From: Sedimentisphaerales bacterium
GTDB lineage: Bacteria; Planctomycetota; Phycisphaerae; Sedimentisphaerales; SM23-30
NCBI GenBank assembly: GCA_963663805.2
Contig: CAXXMR010000020.1
Span: 192,001-256,000 of the forward strand
Length of the DNA: 64,000 bases
Direction: 5' to 3'
Position numbers and translations under genes: made by a program. The notes below the pieces were generated by a model. The model was not told where the DNA came from and did no database searches. It worked only from the letters and a program-made list of their open reading frames with translations. Below, one piece after another: positions 54,648 to 64,000 of the stretch. Positions within the stretch are counted from its first letter, which is position 1. Each line of letters begins with the position of its first letter.

Positions 54648-57392
54648 ATGATTGAGTCAGTTCCGGGAAGCTATAATTTCAGCGCGATCGAGGCTAAATG
54701 GCAGGATTTTTGGGGAAAAAACAAAGTTTTTTCGACTTTTAACGACTTTTCCAAGCCAAAATACTATGTTTTGGACATGTTTCCCTATCCTTCGGGCGAT
54801 GGTTTGCATGTTGGTCATCCGGAGGGTTATACGGCCAGCGATATAGTGGCCCGTTATAAGCGAATGAAAGGTTTCAATGTTTTGCACCCGATGGGCTATG
54901 ATGCTTTCGGGCTGCCGGCTGAGCAGTACGCGGTTAAGACCGGTACGCATCCGCGGATTACCACGGAGCGGAATATCAATAATATTCGTCGGCAGATAAA
55001 GGGGCTGGGGTTCAGCTATGACTGGGATCGGGAGGTCGATACGACTGACCCGAAATATTATCGGTGGACTCAGTGGATATTTCTAAAACTGTTTAACAGT
55101 TGGTTTGATGATGCGGCGAACAAAGCGCGGCCCATCGCTGAGCTTATCGATGGTTTGGAGAAGGAGAAATATCTGGTCGGTGTGGGCGGCGAGCTGGTGG
55201 TGATGTCAGATTGTGATTTGCCGGCAGTGATGGGCGAGCCGATTGGGGCGCGGAAATGGTTTGAACTGGACGCAGCTGAGCAGCGGGAGCTTATCGATAA
55301 TCAGCGGCTGGCTTATCAGTCTGAGAAACCGGTGAACTGGTGCCCGGAACTAGGGACGGTTTTGGCGAACGAGGAAGTTATCGGCGGGGTGAGTGAACGG
55401 GGTGGGCATCCGGTGATTCGTAAACCGATGCGGCAATGGATGCTGCGGATAACGAAATACGCTGAGCGTCTTTTGGCGGATTTGGAGGGGCTGGACTGGT
55501 CTTACGGGATTAAGAAACTGCAAGCGGACTGGATTGGCAGGAGTGAGGGGGCGGAAGTTGATTTCGCGGTTGATGAATGTGATGAGGATATTCGGGTTTT
55601 TACGACTCGGCCCGACACTCTGTTTGGGGCGACTTATATGGTGCTGGCTCCGGAGCATCCGCTGGTTGATGTGATTGTATCGGACCAGCAGCGGTTTGCG
55701 GTTATGAGATATCAGGAGGATGCGGCGCGGAAAAGTGATTTGGACCGGACGGATCTTTCCAAGGATAAAAGCGGGGTGTTTACGGGTGCTTACGCTGTTA
55801 ATCCGGTGAATGGTGAAAAGATACCGATCTGGATAAGCGATTATGTGCTGATAAGCTATGGTACGGGGGCGATTATGGCGGTTCCGGCGCATGATGAGCG
55901 TGACTTTGAGTTTGCCACGAAGTTTGGGCTGCCGATAAAAGGCGTGGTTTTGCCTGATAAGCAGGCGGCGTTGAATTTGCCGGCGGCGGCAGAGAAGGGG
56001 TACGACGCCAAGAATAGCAGTGAGGCTGACGCGGACGCTATCGCTGAGGGAATTATCGCGGAGGTAATGGCGGGTAAGGTATGTTTTGCGGGGTTGGGGA
56101 CGGCGGCGAATTCGGGTGATTTTGATGGGCTGCCGACCGCGGAATTCAAGGAGAAGATTACCGTTTGGCTGGAAGAGCAGGGGTTGGGCAAGCGTTCGGT
56201 GAATTATAAGCTGCGGGACTGGCTGTTCAGTCGTCAGCGTTATTGGGGTGAGCCGATACCGATTGTGCATACTGAAGATGGGGCGGTATTGGGGCTGGAC
56301 GCGGAGAGGGAACTGCCGCTGACTCTGCCGGAAGTGGAGAGCTATCAGCCGAGCGGGACGGGTGAATCGCCTTTGGCGAATATTACGGAGTGGCTGCACG
56401 TTGATTATCAGGGACTTCCTGTCAAGCGTGAGACCAATACGATGCCGCAATGGGCGGGTTCTTGCTGGTATTATCTGCGTTATATCGATGCGTGCAATGA
56501 TGAAGCTCCGTTTGACAAGGAAAAAGAGCGATACTGGATGCCGGTAGATTTGTATATCGGCGGGGCGGAACACGCGGTGCTGCATTTGTTGTACGCGCGG
56601 TTCTGGCATAAGGTTCTTTATGACGCGGGATGGACCAGTACGCCGGAGCCATTTACGAAATTGGTGAATCAGGGAATGATTCTGGGCAGCGACGGTCAGA
56701 AGATGAGCAAGAGCCGGGGCAATGTGGTTAATCCTGACAAGGTGATTGAAGACTACGGGGCGGATTCGATGCGTCTTTATGAGATGTTTATGGGGCCTCT
56801 GGACGCGGTGAAGCCGTGGAATATGCAGGGTGTTGAAGGTGTGCATCGGTTTTTGCAGAAGGCTTGGCGGTTGATTGTGGGTGAGGACGGCGGTCTTCAT
56901 GCGGCGGTGGTTGATGAGCCGGCTGAGGGTGAGTCGCTGCGTACTTTGCATAAGACGATTAAGAAGGTTACGGGCGATATTGAGGGATTTGGCTTTAATA
57001 CGGCGATTTCTCAGATGATGATTTTTGTAAATGAGTATACGCGGCTGGAGAGGCGGAGTAAGTCGGCTTTGGAGGCATTTGTGCTGCTGCTGGCTCCTTT
57101 TTCGCCGCATATTGGTGAGGAATTGTGGCAGAAGCTGGGGCATAGCGAAAGTCTGGCTTATCAGGGGTGGCCTGAATATGATGAGGCCCTGACGCAAGAC
57201 CCGGAAGTTGAGATTGCTTTGCAGATTAACGGTAAGGTGCGGGACAAGATTACGGTGGCGGCGGATACCGACGAAAAAGCGATTGAAGAGGCGGCGTTGA
57301 ATAATCCGCGGGTGCAGGAACTTCTGAAAGGCAAGGCGGTTCGTAAGGTTGTGGTTATTAAGGGGCGGTTGGTCAATATTGTGGCGACGTAA
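54648..57392 (+). CDS. leuS: Leucyl-tRNA synthetase
   Basis: MFPYPSG..HVGH, FTTRPDT, GTGA, KMSKS. Confidence 0.98.
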   Translation: MIESVPGSYNFSAIEAKWQDFWGKNKVFSTFNDFSKPKYYVLDMFPYPSGDGLHVGHPEGYTASDIVARYKRMKGFNVLHPMGYDAFGLPAEQYAVKTGTHPRITTERNINNIRRQIKGLGFSYDWDREVDTTDPKYYRWTQWIFLKLFNSWFDDAANKARPIAELIDGLEKEKYLVGVGGELVVMSDCDLPAVMGEPIGARKWFELDAAEQRELIDNQRLAYQSEKPVNWCPELGTVLANEEVIGGVSERGGHPVIRKPMRQWMLRITKYAERLLADLEGLDWSYGIKKLQADWIGRSEGAEVDFAVDECDEDIRVFTTRPDTLFGATYMVLAPEHPLVDVIVSDQQRFAVMRYQEDAARKSDLDRTDLSKDKSGVFTGAYAVNPVNGEKIPIWISDYVLISYGTGAIMAVPAHDERDFEFATKFGLPIKGVVLPDKQAALNLPAAAEKGYDAKNSSEADADAIAEGIIAEVMAGKVCFAGLGTAANSGDFDGLPTAEFKEKITVWLEEQGLGKRSVNYKLRDWLFSRQRYWGEPIPIVHTEDGAVLGLDAERELPLTLPEVESYQPSGTGESPLANITEWLHVDYQGLPVKRETNTMPQWAGSCWYYLRYIDACNDEAPFDKEKERYWMPVDLYIGGAEHAVLHLLYARFWHKVLYDAGWTSTPEPFTKLVNQGMILGSDGQKMSKSRGNVVNPDKVIEDYGADSMRLYEMFMGPLDAVKPWNMQGVEGVHRFLQKAWRLIVGEDGGLHAAVVDEPAEGESLRTLHKTIKKVTGDIEGFGFNTAISQMMIFVNEYTRLERRSKSALEAFVLLLAPFSPHIGEELWQKLGHSESLAYQGWPEYDEALTQDPEVEIALQINGKVRDKITVAADTDEKAIEEAALNNPRVQELLKGKAVRKVVVIKGRLVNIVAT

Positions 57393-57403
57393 GCGTAACG
57401 GCA

Positions 57404-57455
57404 GGCAAGAGGCATTTAAGAAGGCAAGAGGCATTAGGCAAGAGGCAAGAGGGCA
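57404..57455 (+). repeat. Short AGGCAAG/AGGCATT heptamer repeats
   Basis: ggcaagaggcatt..ggcaagaggcattaggcaagaggcaagagg. Confidence 0.65.
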
Positions 57456-57616
57456 GGATTTTATTATTTTTGCTTTATACCGGGGGCTTACGCGCCCCAG
57501 CTATGCGCTCTTTCGACCCCTTTGGGGTCTTTAACGGTATTGACGCAACGGGTGTTTTGAGCTGGGGTTTGGGCGACGGTGCGGGGCGAACTTCGGTCGG
57601 GAGTGGGAAAGTGTAC

Positions 57617-57650
57617 CGGACACCGTTTCGAATCGGACACCGTTTCGAAT
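57617..57650 (+). repeat. Perfect 17-bp tandem duplication
   Basis: CGGACACCGTTTCGAAT x2. Confidence 0.85.
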
Positions 57651-57895
57651 CTCAAAAAGGCTTTTTGACAGGGAAGTTATTCGGACCTCAGATTTGTGTT
57701 CTGGATAATTTGGCTGTTGTGCTTCCTATAAAAACGTTTGTGCCAGTTTGTGACACTGGTTTTTGGGGCGGAGAAATAAACATTAAATTTGTGTTTTGGG
57801 GGGAGTGGTAATCTGTCCGAAAAGATTTAAGCCTGGCTGTTTACGGTTATGGTTTAATTTCAGAGGTGGTATGACCACCCGTTAAGGAGCTTGTA

Positions 57896-58897
57896 ATGGT
57901 TGTGTATTCGAGAATGTTGCATGTGATTTTATTGGTTTTGGTTGTTTCGCTGTGCTCCTGTGAGAAGAAGCAGGAGGCGGCGGCTCCTGCGGCATCCGAT
58001 AATCAACCGGCTGTCAAAGAGTCTGAAATGGCTGAGCCAGTGATGCAGGCGGGTGAATTTACAGCGATTGTGCCGCCGAAACGTGAAGCCAAGGATATTG
58101 CGATTAAATGTGTGCGGAAAGACGCTGTGATTGTGGCTGACGGCAAGGCTGATGAGGTGGTTTGGGGTGAGCTTTCGAAAGTGGTTACGCTGGACTGTTC
58201 ATCTGGGCGGGAGATAGAGCTTTGCTGTTTCCATGACGGGGTGAACATTTACTTTTTAGCTCGTTATCCTGACGGGGCGGCATCGGAGAGTCACAAGAGC
58301 TGGGGCTGGAGTGAGGCTGAGCAGGTTTATAAGCCGCTGCCGGACCGGGAGGATATGCTGGTTTATAAGTGGCTGATGACCGGTGAGGTGATGGGTTTTG
58401 GGGTTGATGTTATTGAGCCTCATACGGCTGACATATGGTTCTGGAAGGCGCGGCGGACGAATCCGAGTGGTTATTTTGATGATAAGATGCATCTGGTGAC
58501 AACGGAGGAGAGTAAGGGCGCGTTGGCGATTGAATCTAAGAAAAACGGTAAGGTTTATTTACTGCGAGTTGGGGATGAAGGTAAAAGCGCTTATGAGGAA
58601 GTCATACCTTTTGAGTATGAGGGGAAATACAAGCGGAAATATTTGCCGCGTGAGCCGGAAGGCAGCCGGGCAGATGTGCAGGGCAAGGGTGTGTGGTCGG
58701 AGGGGTACTGGACAATCGAGTTGGCTCGCAAGCTGGATACAGGGCATGAAGATGATGTGAGGTTTGTTGAGGGCGGGCAGTATCGTTTTGGGGTGTGTCT
58801 GTACGAGATGGCGGCGACGGGTGTTTATCCGGAGCTTTATCAGCCGTTGTATCGGACAGGTGATGTTTTTGATAATCTGGTGCTGGAAATTGAATGA
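57896..58897 (+). CDS. Lipoprotein with ethylbenzene-dehydrogenase-related (DOMON-like) domain
   Basis: Lipobox-like LCSC; REDML, DIWFWKARRT, WTIELARKLDTG. Confidence 0.75.
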   Translation: MVVYSRMLHVILLVLVVSLCSCEKKQEAAAPAASDNQPAVKESEMAEPVMQAGEFTAIVPPKREAKDIAIKCVRKDAVIVADGKADEVVWGELSKVVTLDCSSGREIELCCFHDGVNIYFLARYPDGAASESHKSWGWSEAEQVYKPLPDREDMLVYKWLMTGEVMGFGVDVIEPHTADIWFWKARRTNPSGYFDDKMHLVTTEESKGALAIESKKNGKVYLLRVGDEGKSAYEEVIPFEYEGKYKRKYLPREPEGSRADVQGKGVWSEGYWTIELARKLDTGHEDDVRFVEGGQYRFGVCLYEMAATGVYPELYQPLYRTGDVFDNLVLEIE

Positions 58898-58924
58898 ACG
58901 AGTGGAATGTTAAAGAGCTTGTAG

Positions 58925-60895
58925 ATGTTATCCAAATATCCATTTAAGTTAATAGCTCGTTACGCAGTGTTTATTATATTCGGCACTCTGCTGCTGACAA
59001 CATCGCTGGGGGTATATGTTGCGCACAGCAGTTACAGTATTGTCAAAAGCCGTCTGCATGACAATATTGAGATTCTGGCGGTATTGCCGGAATTGATGTA
59101 TGAGTTTTACAATGAAAATGAAGTGTTTGTAGAGTTGTTCAATGAGCAGTCCCAGGCGGTGGAGCCTTGTCTGGCACATCTGGACAAAGTACAAAAGATA
59201 TTAAATCGTCCGGCATTTTTGAGTGGGGAAAACGCGGGAATAAAACAGAATCTGGAACATTTACAGCGTCAGAGCCGGACGATGCTTTATCAGTATCAAT
59301 CGGCGGATTTGAAGGATCCGACTCGTGATTACGGCAAGGAGACGTTGGGTTTGATAAAAGGGGTGATGAAGCAGTCAGAGGAACAGGCGATAGCATATTG
59401 CAATGAGGTGCATGAGAGGACCTATCTGGCGTTGGAGTCGCTGACGAATAAGCTGCGTCTTTCGGAGATATATTTGGGGGTAATGCTAAGTGTGGGTCTG
59501 GTTTTGATAGTAAGTGTGGTTTTGCTGATGCGTCAGGCGTTGAATAAGCGTTTGCGGGCGATTATCGCGGCGGCTGATAATATTCGCAAGGGCAATACTA
59601 ATTATCGTATCGATACTCCGTTTGATGACGAGATGGGTCAGGTGGCGCGGAGCATTGATAATATGGCGGAGCGGATTCATGTTAAGGAAAATCAGCTATT
59701 GACGATTAATAAGAAGCTGAATGAATCTTTGAAACTGGCTCAGCAGGCGGATTTGGCCAAGAGTCAGTTTTTGGCGAATATGAGCCATGAGATTCGCACG
59801 CCGATGAACGCGATAATGGGTTTCAGCAAGGTATTGTGCGGTGAAAAGCTGGATGAGGAGCAGCATAAATACGCGAATTTCATTCACAGTTCGGCCAAGA
59901 ATCTGCTGACGCTGCTGAATGATATTCTGGACATATCGAAGATTGAGGCGGGCAAACTTGAGATTGAGTTGATAGAAACTTCGCTGGAAGAGATTTTGTG
60001 TAATCTGGACTCGATAATGAGGCCTGCGGCGACTGATAAAGAGATAGAATTTAAGGTACTGCATCGCAATGCGATACCGGCAGAGATTATTTGTGACCCG
60101 ACGCGTCTTTATCAGTGCCTGGTGAATCTGACGACCAATGCGATTAAGTTTACCGAGAGCGGTCATGTGTATGTCAAGGTTCGTTGTGAGGGTGATGACG
60201 CTGAGGCGAAGATTTATTTTGAGATTGAGGATACGGGTATAGGTATTGAAGGTGATAAGATAGATACTGTTTTTGACACGTTCAGTCAGGCGGATAACAG
60301 TACGACTCGGAAATACGGCGGGACGGGTCTGGGGCTGACAATTACACGTCAGTTGGTTGAAATGCTGGGCGGTAATATTTATGTGGAGAGCAAGCCGGGT
60401 ACGGGTTCGACGTTTAGTTTTTATGTGCCGGCTCGGGTCGATGTTGGTTCGGTAGAGAAACTTGGGGCGGAAAATACGGCTCGTTATCTGAAGGGTGGCA
60501 CTGAAGATAAAATGGTTCGCTATGCCGGACATGTGCTGGTGGCGGAAGATAATTTCGCTAATCAGAAGCTCGTTGAGCTGCTGCTGCATCGGGCTGGTTT
60601 TGCGGTGACGATAGTTGATAATGGGCAGAAGGCGGTGGAAGCGGCATCGGCAAATGAATTCGATTTGATAATTATGGACATGCAGATGCCGGTTTTGAGC
60701 GGTTATGACGCGACTGGCCAGATACGACAGGTTGATGAGAATATCCCGATTGTGGCATTGACAGCTAACGCGATGAGCGGCGATAGTGAGAAATGTATCG
60801 AAGCTGGCTGTAATGATTATATCGCTAAGCCGGTTGATATCGACAAGTTGCGGCCTGTGCTGGATAAATATTTTGAGCCGGCCGTGAGTGCTTGA
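58925..60895 (+). CDS. Hybrid sensor histidine kinase (2TM-HAMP-HisKA-HATPase-REC)
   Basis: FLANMSHEIRTPMN, NAIKFT, DTGIG, GGTGLGL, MDMQMP. Confidence 0.95.
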   Translation: MLSKYPFKLIARYAVFIIFGTLLLTTSLGVYVAHSSYSIVKSRLHDNIEILAVLPELMYEFYNENEVFVELFNEQSQAVEPCLAHLDKVQKILNRPAFLSGENAGIKQNLEHLQRQSRTMLYQYQSADLKDPTRDYGKETLGLIKGVMKQSEEQAIAYCNEVHERTYLALESLTNKLRLSEIYLGVMLSVGLVLIVSVVLLMRQALNKRLRAIIAAADNIRKGNTNYRIDTPFDDEMGQVARSIDNMAERIHVKENQLLTINKKLNESLKLAQQADLAKSQFLANMSHEIRTPMNAIMGFSKVLCGEKLDEEQHKYANFIHSSAKNLLTLLNDILDISKIEAGKLEIELIETSLEEILCNLDSIMRPAATDKEIEFKVLHRNAIPAEIICDPTRLYQCLVNLTTNAIKFTESGHVYVKVRCEGDDAEAKIYFEIEDTGIGIEGDKIDTVFDTFSQADNSTTRKYGGTGLGLTITRQLVEMLGGNIYVESKPGTGSTFSFYVPARVDVGSVEKLGAENTARYLKGGTEDKMVRYAGHVLVAEDNFANQKLVELLLHRAGFAVTIVDNGQKAVEAASANEFDLIIMDMQMPVLSGYDATGQIRQVDENIPIVALTANAMSGDSEKCIEAGCNDYIAKPVDIDKLRPVLDKYFEPAVSA

Positions 60896-60910
60896 TAGAC
60901 CTTGGGGGGG

Positions 60911-61897
60911 TCAGGTTGTTGGGCTGCTGTTTTTGTAGATTGTTCGGACTACCTCTTCGAGGTCTGGTTCGTGGATAGAGACGTCCTGGGCGTTGCCGAG
61001 CTGGAGAAGTTGGGGGGTTGTTGCGGCGACCTGTTCTCGGGGGAGGCTGAAGGTGCAGGTTGGGCCTTGCCGGTGCTTGAGGAATGGCTGGAATTTTTCG
61101 GTGATGGTTACGGGGTGCTGGTATTTAATTTCGATAGTCTTGTGGGTGGCGTAGGCAGACTTTAGTTTCTGGAGGGGCCCATCATAGATTATACTGCCGA
61201 CGTTGATGAAAATGATACGTTGGCAGAGTTCTTCGATGTCGCCCATGTCGTGAGTGGTGAGGATGATGGTTACTTTTTCGTTCTGGTTGATGCGTCTGAG
61301 GAATTTTCGGATTTCCTGTTTGCTGACGGCGTCTAGTCCTATGGTTGGTTCGTCGAGGAATATTACGCGGGGCTGATGGAGTAGTGATGCGGCGATTTCG
61401 CAGCGCATACGTTGGCCGAGCGAGAGTTTGCGGACGGGGATGTGGAGCAGTTCCTCAAGTTCGAGCAGTTCGGTGAATTCGGCGAGGCGGCGCTGGAATT
61501 TTTTGCGGTCGAGTTCGTAAATGGCCTGGTAGAGCAGGAAGGAGTCGCGGACGGGGATGTCGTATTCGAGCAGGCTGCGTTGGCCGAAGACTACGCCGAT
61601 GTTGTATGTGTAGCGGTAGCGGTCGCGGTTGGGGTCGAATCCCATGACGCGGATGGTGCCGGAGGTGGGGTAGATTATGCCGGTGAGGAGCTTTATGGTA
61701 GTTGATTTGCCGGCTCCGTTGGGGCCGATGTAGCCGATGAACTCGCCTTCATTGACGATGAAATTAATGTTGCAGAGAACGTCTATGTTCATTTTTTTGC
61801 GGTAGAAGATGCTCTTCCAGCCGGTTTGTCCCTTTACGGGGACGGAAAATGATTTGCTGACGTTGGTTACTTCGATTATGGGGCTGTTGGTGTCCAT
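60911..61897 (-). CDS. ABC-2 type ATP-binding protein
   Basis: GPNGAGKST, LSLGQ, FLDEPT. Confidence 0.93.
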   Translation of the reverse strand: MDTNSPIIEVTNVSKSFSVPVKGQTGWKSIFYRKKMNIDVLCNINFIVNEGEFIGYIGPNGAGKSTTIKLLTGIIYPTSGTIRVMGFDPNRDRYRYTYNIGVVFGQRSLLEYDIPVRDSFLLYQAIYELDRKKFQRRLAEFTELLELEELLHIPVRKLSLGQRMRCEIAASLLHQPRVIFLDEPTIGLDAVSKQEIRKFLRRINQNEKVTIILTTHDMGDIEELCQRIIFINVGSIIYDGPLQKLKSAYATHKTIEIKYQHPVTITEKFQPFLKHRQGPTCTFSLPREQVAATTPQLLQLGNAQDVSIHEPDLEEVVRTIYKNSSPTT

Positions 61898-61997
61898 TTG
61901 GATTATGATAGGCTAAGGTTGGGTGATAGTGTTCGTATCCGGCCGCTTACACGGCTCGGCTTGTGTTGTTGGTTTGGTTGGACGTGATGGTTGGTGG

Positions 61998-62957
61998 TTA
62001 ATCATTCCGTTTGGGTTCGGGCCAGAAGCGGAGCATTAGTATGCCTATTTCGTAGAGGATGTACATGGGGGCGGCCAGGGCTATTTGGGAGATTACGTCG
62101 GGTGGGGTCATGGCCGCGGCGATGATTACCATGGCCAGTACGATGTATTTGCGGATGCTCTGGAAGGTTTTTATGCTGACCAGGCGGAGTTTACCGAGAA
62201 TGAAAACCACCAATGGCACCTGGAAGGCTAGACTAAATGCCAGGGCGAGAATCAGTACCAGTGAAATGTATTGCTGGAGGGTGAAGAGTGGTTTGATAAA
62301 CGGTTTTTTGATTTCCACCTTTGGTTCAGAGGCAGGGATTTGTTCGATGTTTTCTGTTTGGGCTTGAGTGTCGGTGGTTGTGGGCTGATAGTCGGTTTGT
62401 TCAGGCTGGACGGTTTCGATGATGGGGGTTTCCAGCATGGCTTTGTTGATGGCGCGGGTGATGAAGGTTTCCTGAATTGCGGGGGCTTGCCATTTGCTGC
62501 AGAAGGTGATAAAGAAATTAAACGAGAGAGGAGCAACTACGGTTACAAAGAAGGTGCCGCCGAGAATGAACAGAAACGCGGAAAAAGGCACGAAAACATG
62601 TACCATTTTTTTTTCGTGGTCGTAGAGCCCCGCTGCGATGAAGGACCAGAGCTGATAGAATATCCAGGGCGAGGCAAAGAAGATGGCACTATAGACCGAG
62701 ACGCGGATGTAGGTGATGAATCCTTCGGTGAGCGATGAGACGTAGAGCTGGGAGTCCTGGCCGGTGGCTTTGAGGGCGATGAGCAGGGGCTGGGCGAGGA
62801 AAGCGAGGATGTCGCTGCCGAAAATAAGGCAGACTACCAGGGCGATGAGGAAGCCGTAGATGGATTTGAGCAGGCGGCTGCGGAGTTCGTCGATATGTTC
62901 GCCAAAGCTCATTTTGCTGTTGTCCAGCTCTGTTTTTTTTGATTTTTCATCGGTCAT
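61998..62957 (-). CDS. tatC: Twin-arginine translocase TatC
   Basis: HIDELRSRL, QLWSFIAAGLY..E, TPPDVISQ, LYEIG. Confidence 0.95.
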   Translation of the reverse strand: MTDEKSKKTELDNSKMSFGEHIDELRSRLLKSIYGFLIALVVCLIFGSDILAFLAQPLLIALKATGQDSQLYVSSLTEGFITYIRVSVYSAIFFASPWIFYQLWSFIAAGLYDHEKKMVHVFVPFSAFLFILGGTFFVTVVAPLSFNFFITFCSKWQAPAIQETFITRAINKAMLETPIIETVQPEQTDYQPTTTDTQAQTENIEQIPASEPKVEIKKPFIKPLFTLQQYISLVLILALAFSLAFQVPLVVFILGKLRLVSIKTFQSIRKYIVLAMVIIAAAMTPPDVISQIALAAPMYILYEIGILMLRFWPEPKRND

Positions 62958-63104
62958 GGCGGCATTATAACACCAATTTCAGTCCAGATAAACTGGAAAT
63001 TCCCAGCCCTAGAATTTAAATCCCAAATAATATCGAAACAAAAAACTATGTAGGCGTTCACTGTCGTTTCTTTTTTTCCTTCGGGTTTTTTCAGAAAGGT
63101 GTTT

Positions 63105-63767
63105 CTATAAATATTTTAGGATTACTACCCCGCCGATGAGCAACGCCATAAACAGCAGGCAGAGCCAGTTGAAATATTTTTCGATATATGGTTTGATGCC
63201 GGGGCCGTATTTTCCGAAGAGACCGGCGACGAGGAAGAATCTCGCTGAGCGGCTGACCGCGGCGGCTATCAGAAACATTACGAAGTTGATTTTGGCTACT
63301 CCGGCGGTGATGGTGCAGACCTTGAACGGCAGGGGGGTAAATCCGCAGGTGAAGACCACCCAGAAATCCCATTTTTCGTAGGCTTGTGAGAACTTCTGGA
63401 AATTTTCAGGCGTGATTTTCGCCCAGGCCATATTTGCCAGCACCCATTCTCCGATTTGTTCCCAGAGGAACATTCCGACCATATACCCCATCACTCCGCC
63501 CAATACCGATGCTATGGAACAGAACAAAGCGAACCGAAACCATTTCTTAGGCTGTCCCAAAGTCAGCGGTGCCAGCAGCACATCGGGCGGGACGGGGAAA
63601 AATGATGACTCGGCGAATGAAAGCAGAAACAGGGCCCAGATTCCATATCGCGTATCTGCCCAGTGCAGAACCCAGTCATAAAGCCGGCGATGTAAGTGCC
63701 ACCAGGCCACTGTATGGGAACTATCATTTTTAGCCAGAGAATCGGAAGTTTGCACATCAATACTCAT
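63105..63767 (-). CDS. YqaA/DedA (VTT) family membrane protein
   Basis: SFAESSFFPVPPD, FTPLPFKV, SRSARF. Confidence 0.9.
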   Translation of the reverse strand: MSIDVQTSDSLAKNDSSHTVAWWHLHRRLYDWVLHWADTRYGIWALFLLSFAESSFFPVPPDVLLAPLTLGQPKKWFRFALFCSIASVLGGVMGYMVGMFLWEQIGEWVLANMAWAKITPENFQKFSQAYEKWDFWVVFTCGFTPLPFKVCTITAGVAKINFVMFLIAAAVSRSARFFLVAGLFGKYGPGIKPYIEKYFNWLCLLFMALLIGGVVILKYL

Positions 63768-63834
63768 AAAATATTTTCCCTCGTCAGATTCTTGTGTATA
63801 CGTAAGCGTTTCGGTTGTCACCAACTGTTTTTTA

Positions 63835-64000
63835 TCAGTTTGCCAGTTGTAAATCCTCAATTTTCAAGATTTCGTTTTTCTTAATATCGCGGGCGGCTTT
63901 ATTTCCGATGACGGTGCCAATCTCATCAGCCGGTATTCCCGTTCCCGGCCTTTTGATTTTGAGCAGGTTTCGTTCGATAGTTGTGCCGGCTTTGATGTCT
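63835..64000 (-). CDS. 3' end of a NeuB/PseI-like synthase (SAF/AFP-like domain), partial
   Basis: DIKAGTTI..KRPGTGIP..VIGNKAARDIKKNEIL. Confidence 0.7.
   Translation of the reverse strand, partial: DIKAGTTIERNLLKIKRPGTGIPADEIGTVIGNKAARDIKKNEILKIEDLQLAN

Noticed and set aside
55350..57434. 694-aa minus-strand ORF
   Set aside because: Antisense shadow of leuS with no recognisable motifs.
59696..60589. 297-aa minus-strand ORF
   Set aside because: Antisense shadow of the histidine kinase.
1..64000. CRISPR array, cas/TnpB/IS110 genes, integron integrase, tmRNA next to smpB
   Set aside because: No regular repeat-spacer array or diagnostic motifs were found by eye.

Overview
This window appears to come from a planctomycete (Phycisphaerae/Sedimentisphaerales-like, inferred from the prepilin/H-X9-DG proteins, a dockerin-like C-terminus and a PEP-CTERM protein). 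Bases ~1-49380 are a decayed accessory island ending at the 3' end of tRNA-Gly(TCC). The island is densely packed with nested insertion sequences (IS66, IS1634, IS256/ISL3-like, IS21 x3, IS3, IS630, IS5, an IS91+tyrosine recombinase element, rve-type elements), a group II intron, phage-like remnants, toxin-antitoxin genes (VapBC, Fic, two AbiE pairs) and a carbohydrate-use cluster. Bases ~49380-64000 are core-like genes (smpB, leuS, tatC, a histidine kinase and others). The best candidate for an undescribed system is the AT-rich block at 11578-19026. It encodes a Sec-secreted protein whose C39 peptidase domain is fused in cis to a double-glycine-type leader and an 84-aa, 10-Cys C-terminal peptide, together with a PEP-CTERM gene, a prepilin/H-X9-DG gene, a WYL regulator and an ECF sigma factor whose anti-sigma has four tandem zinc motifs. 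Second is a group II intron whose target is the subterminal region of an rve transposon; occupied, empty and relic alleles are all visible in this window. All family assignments come from motif recognition by eye; no database searches were run.
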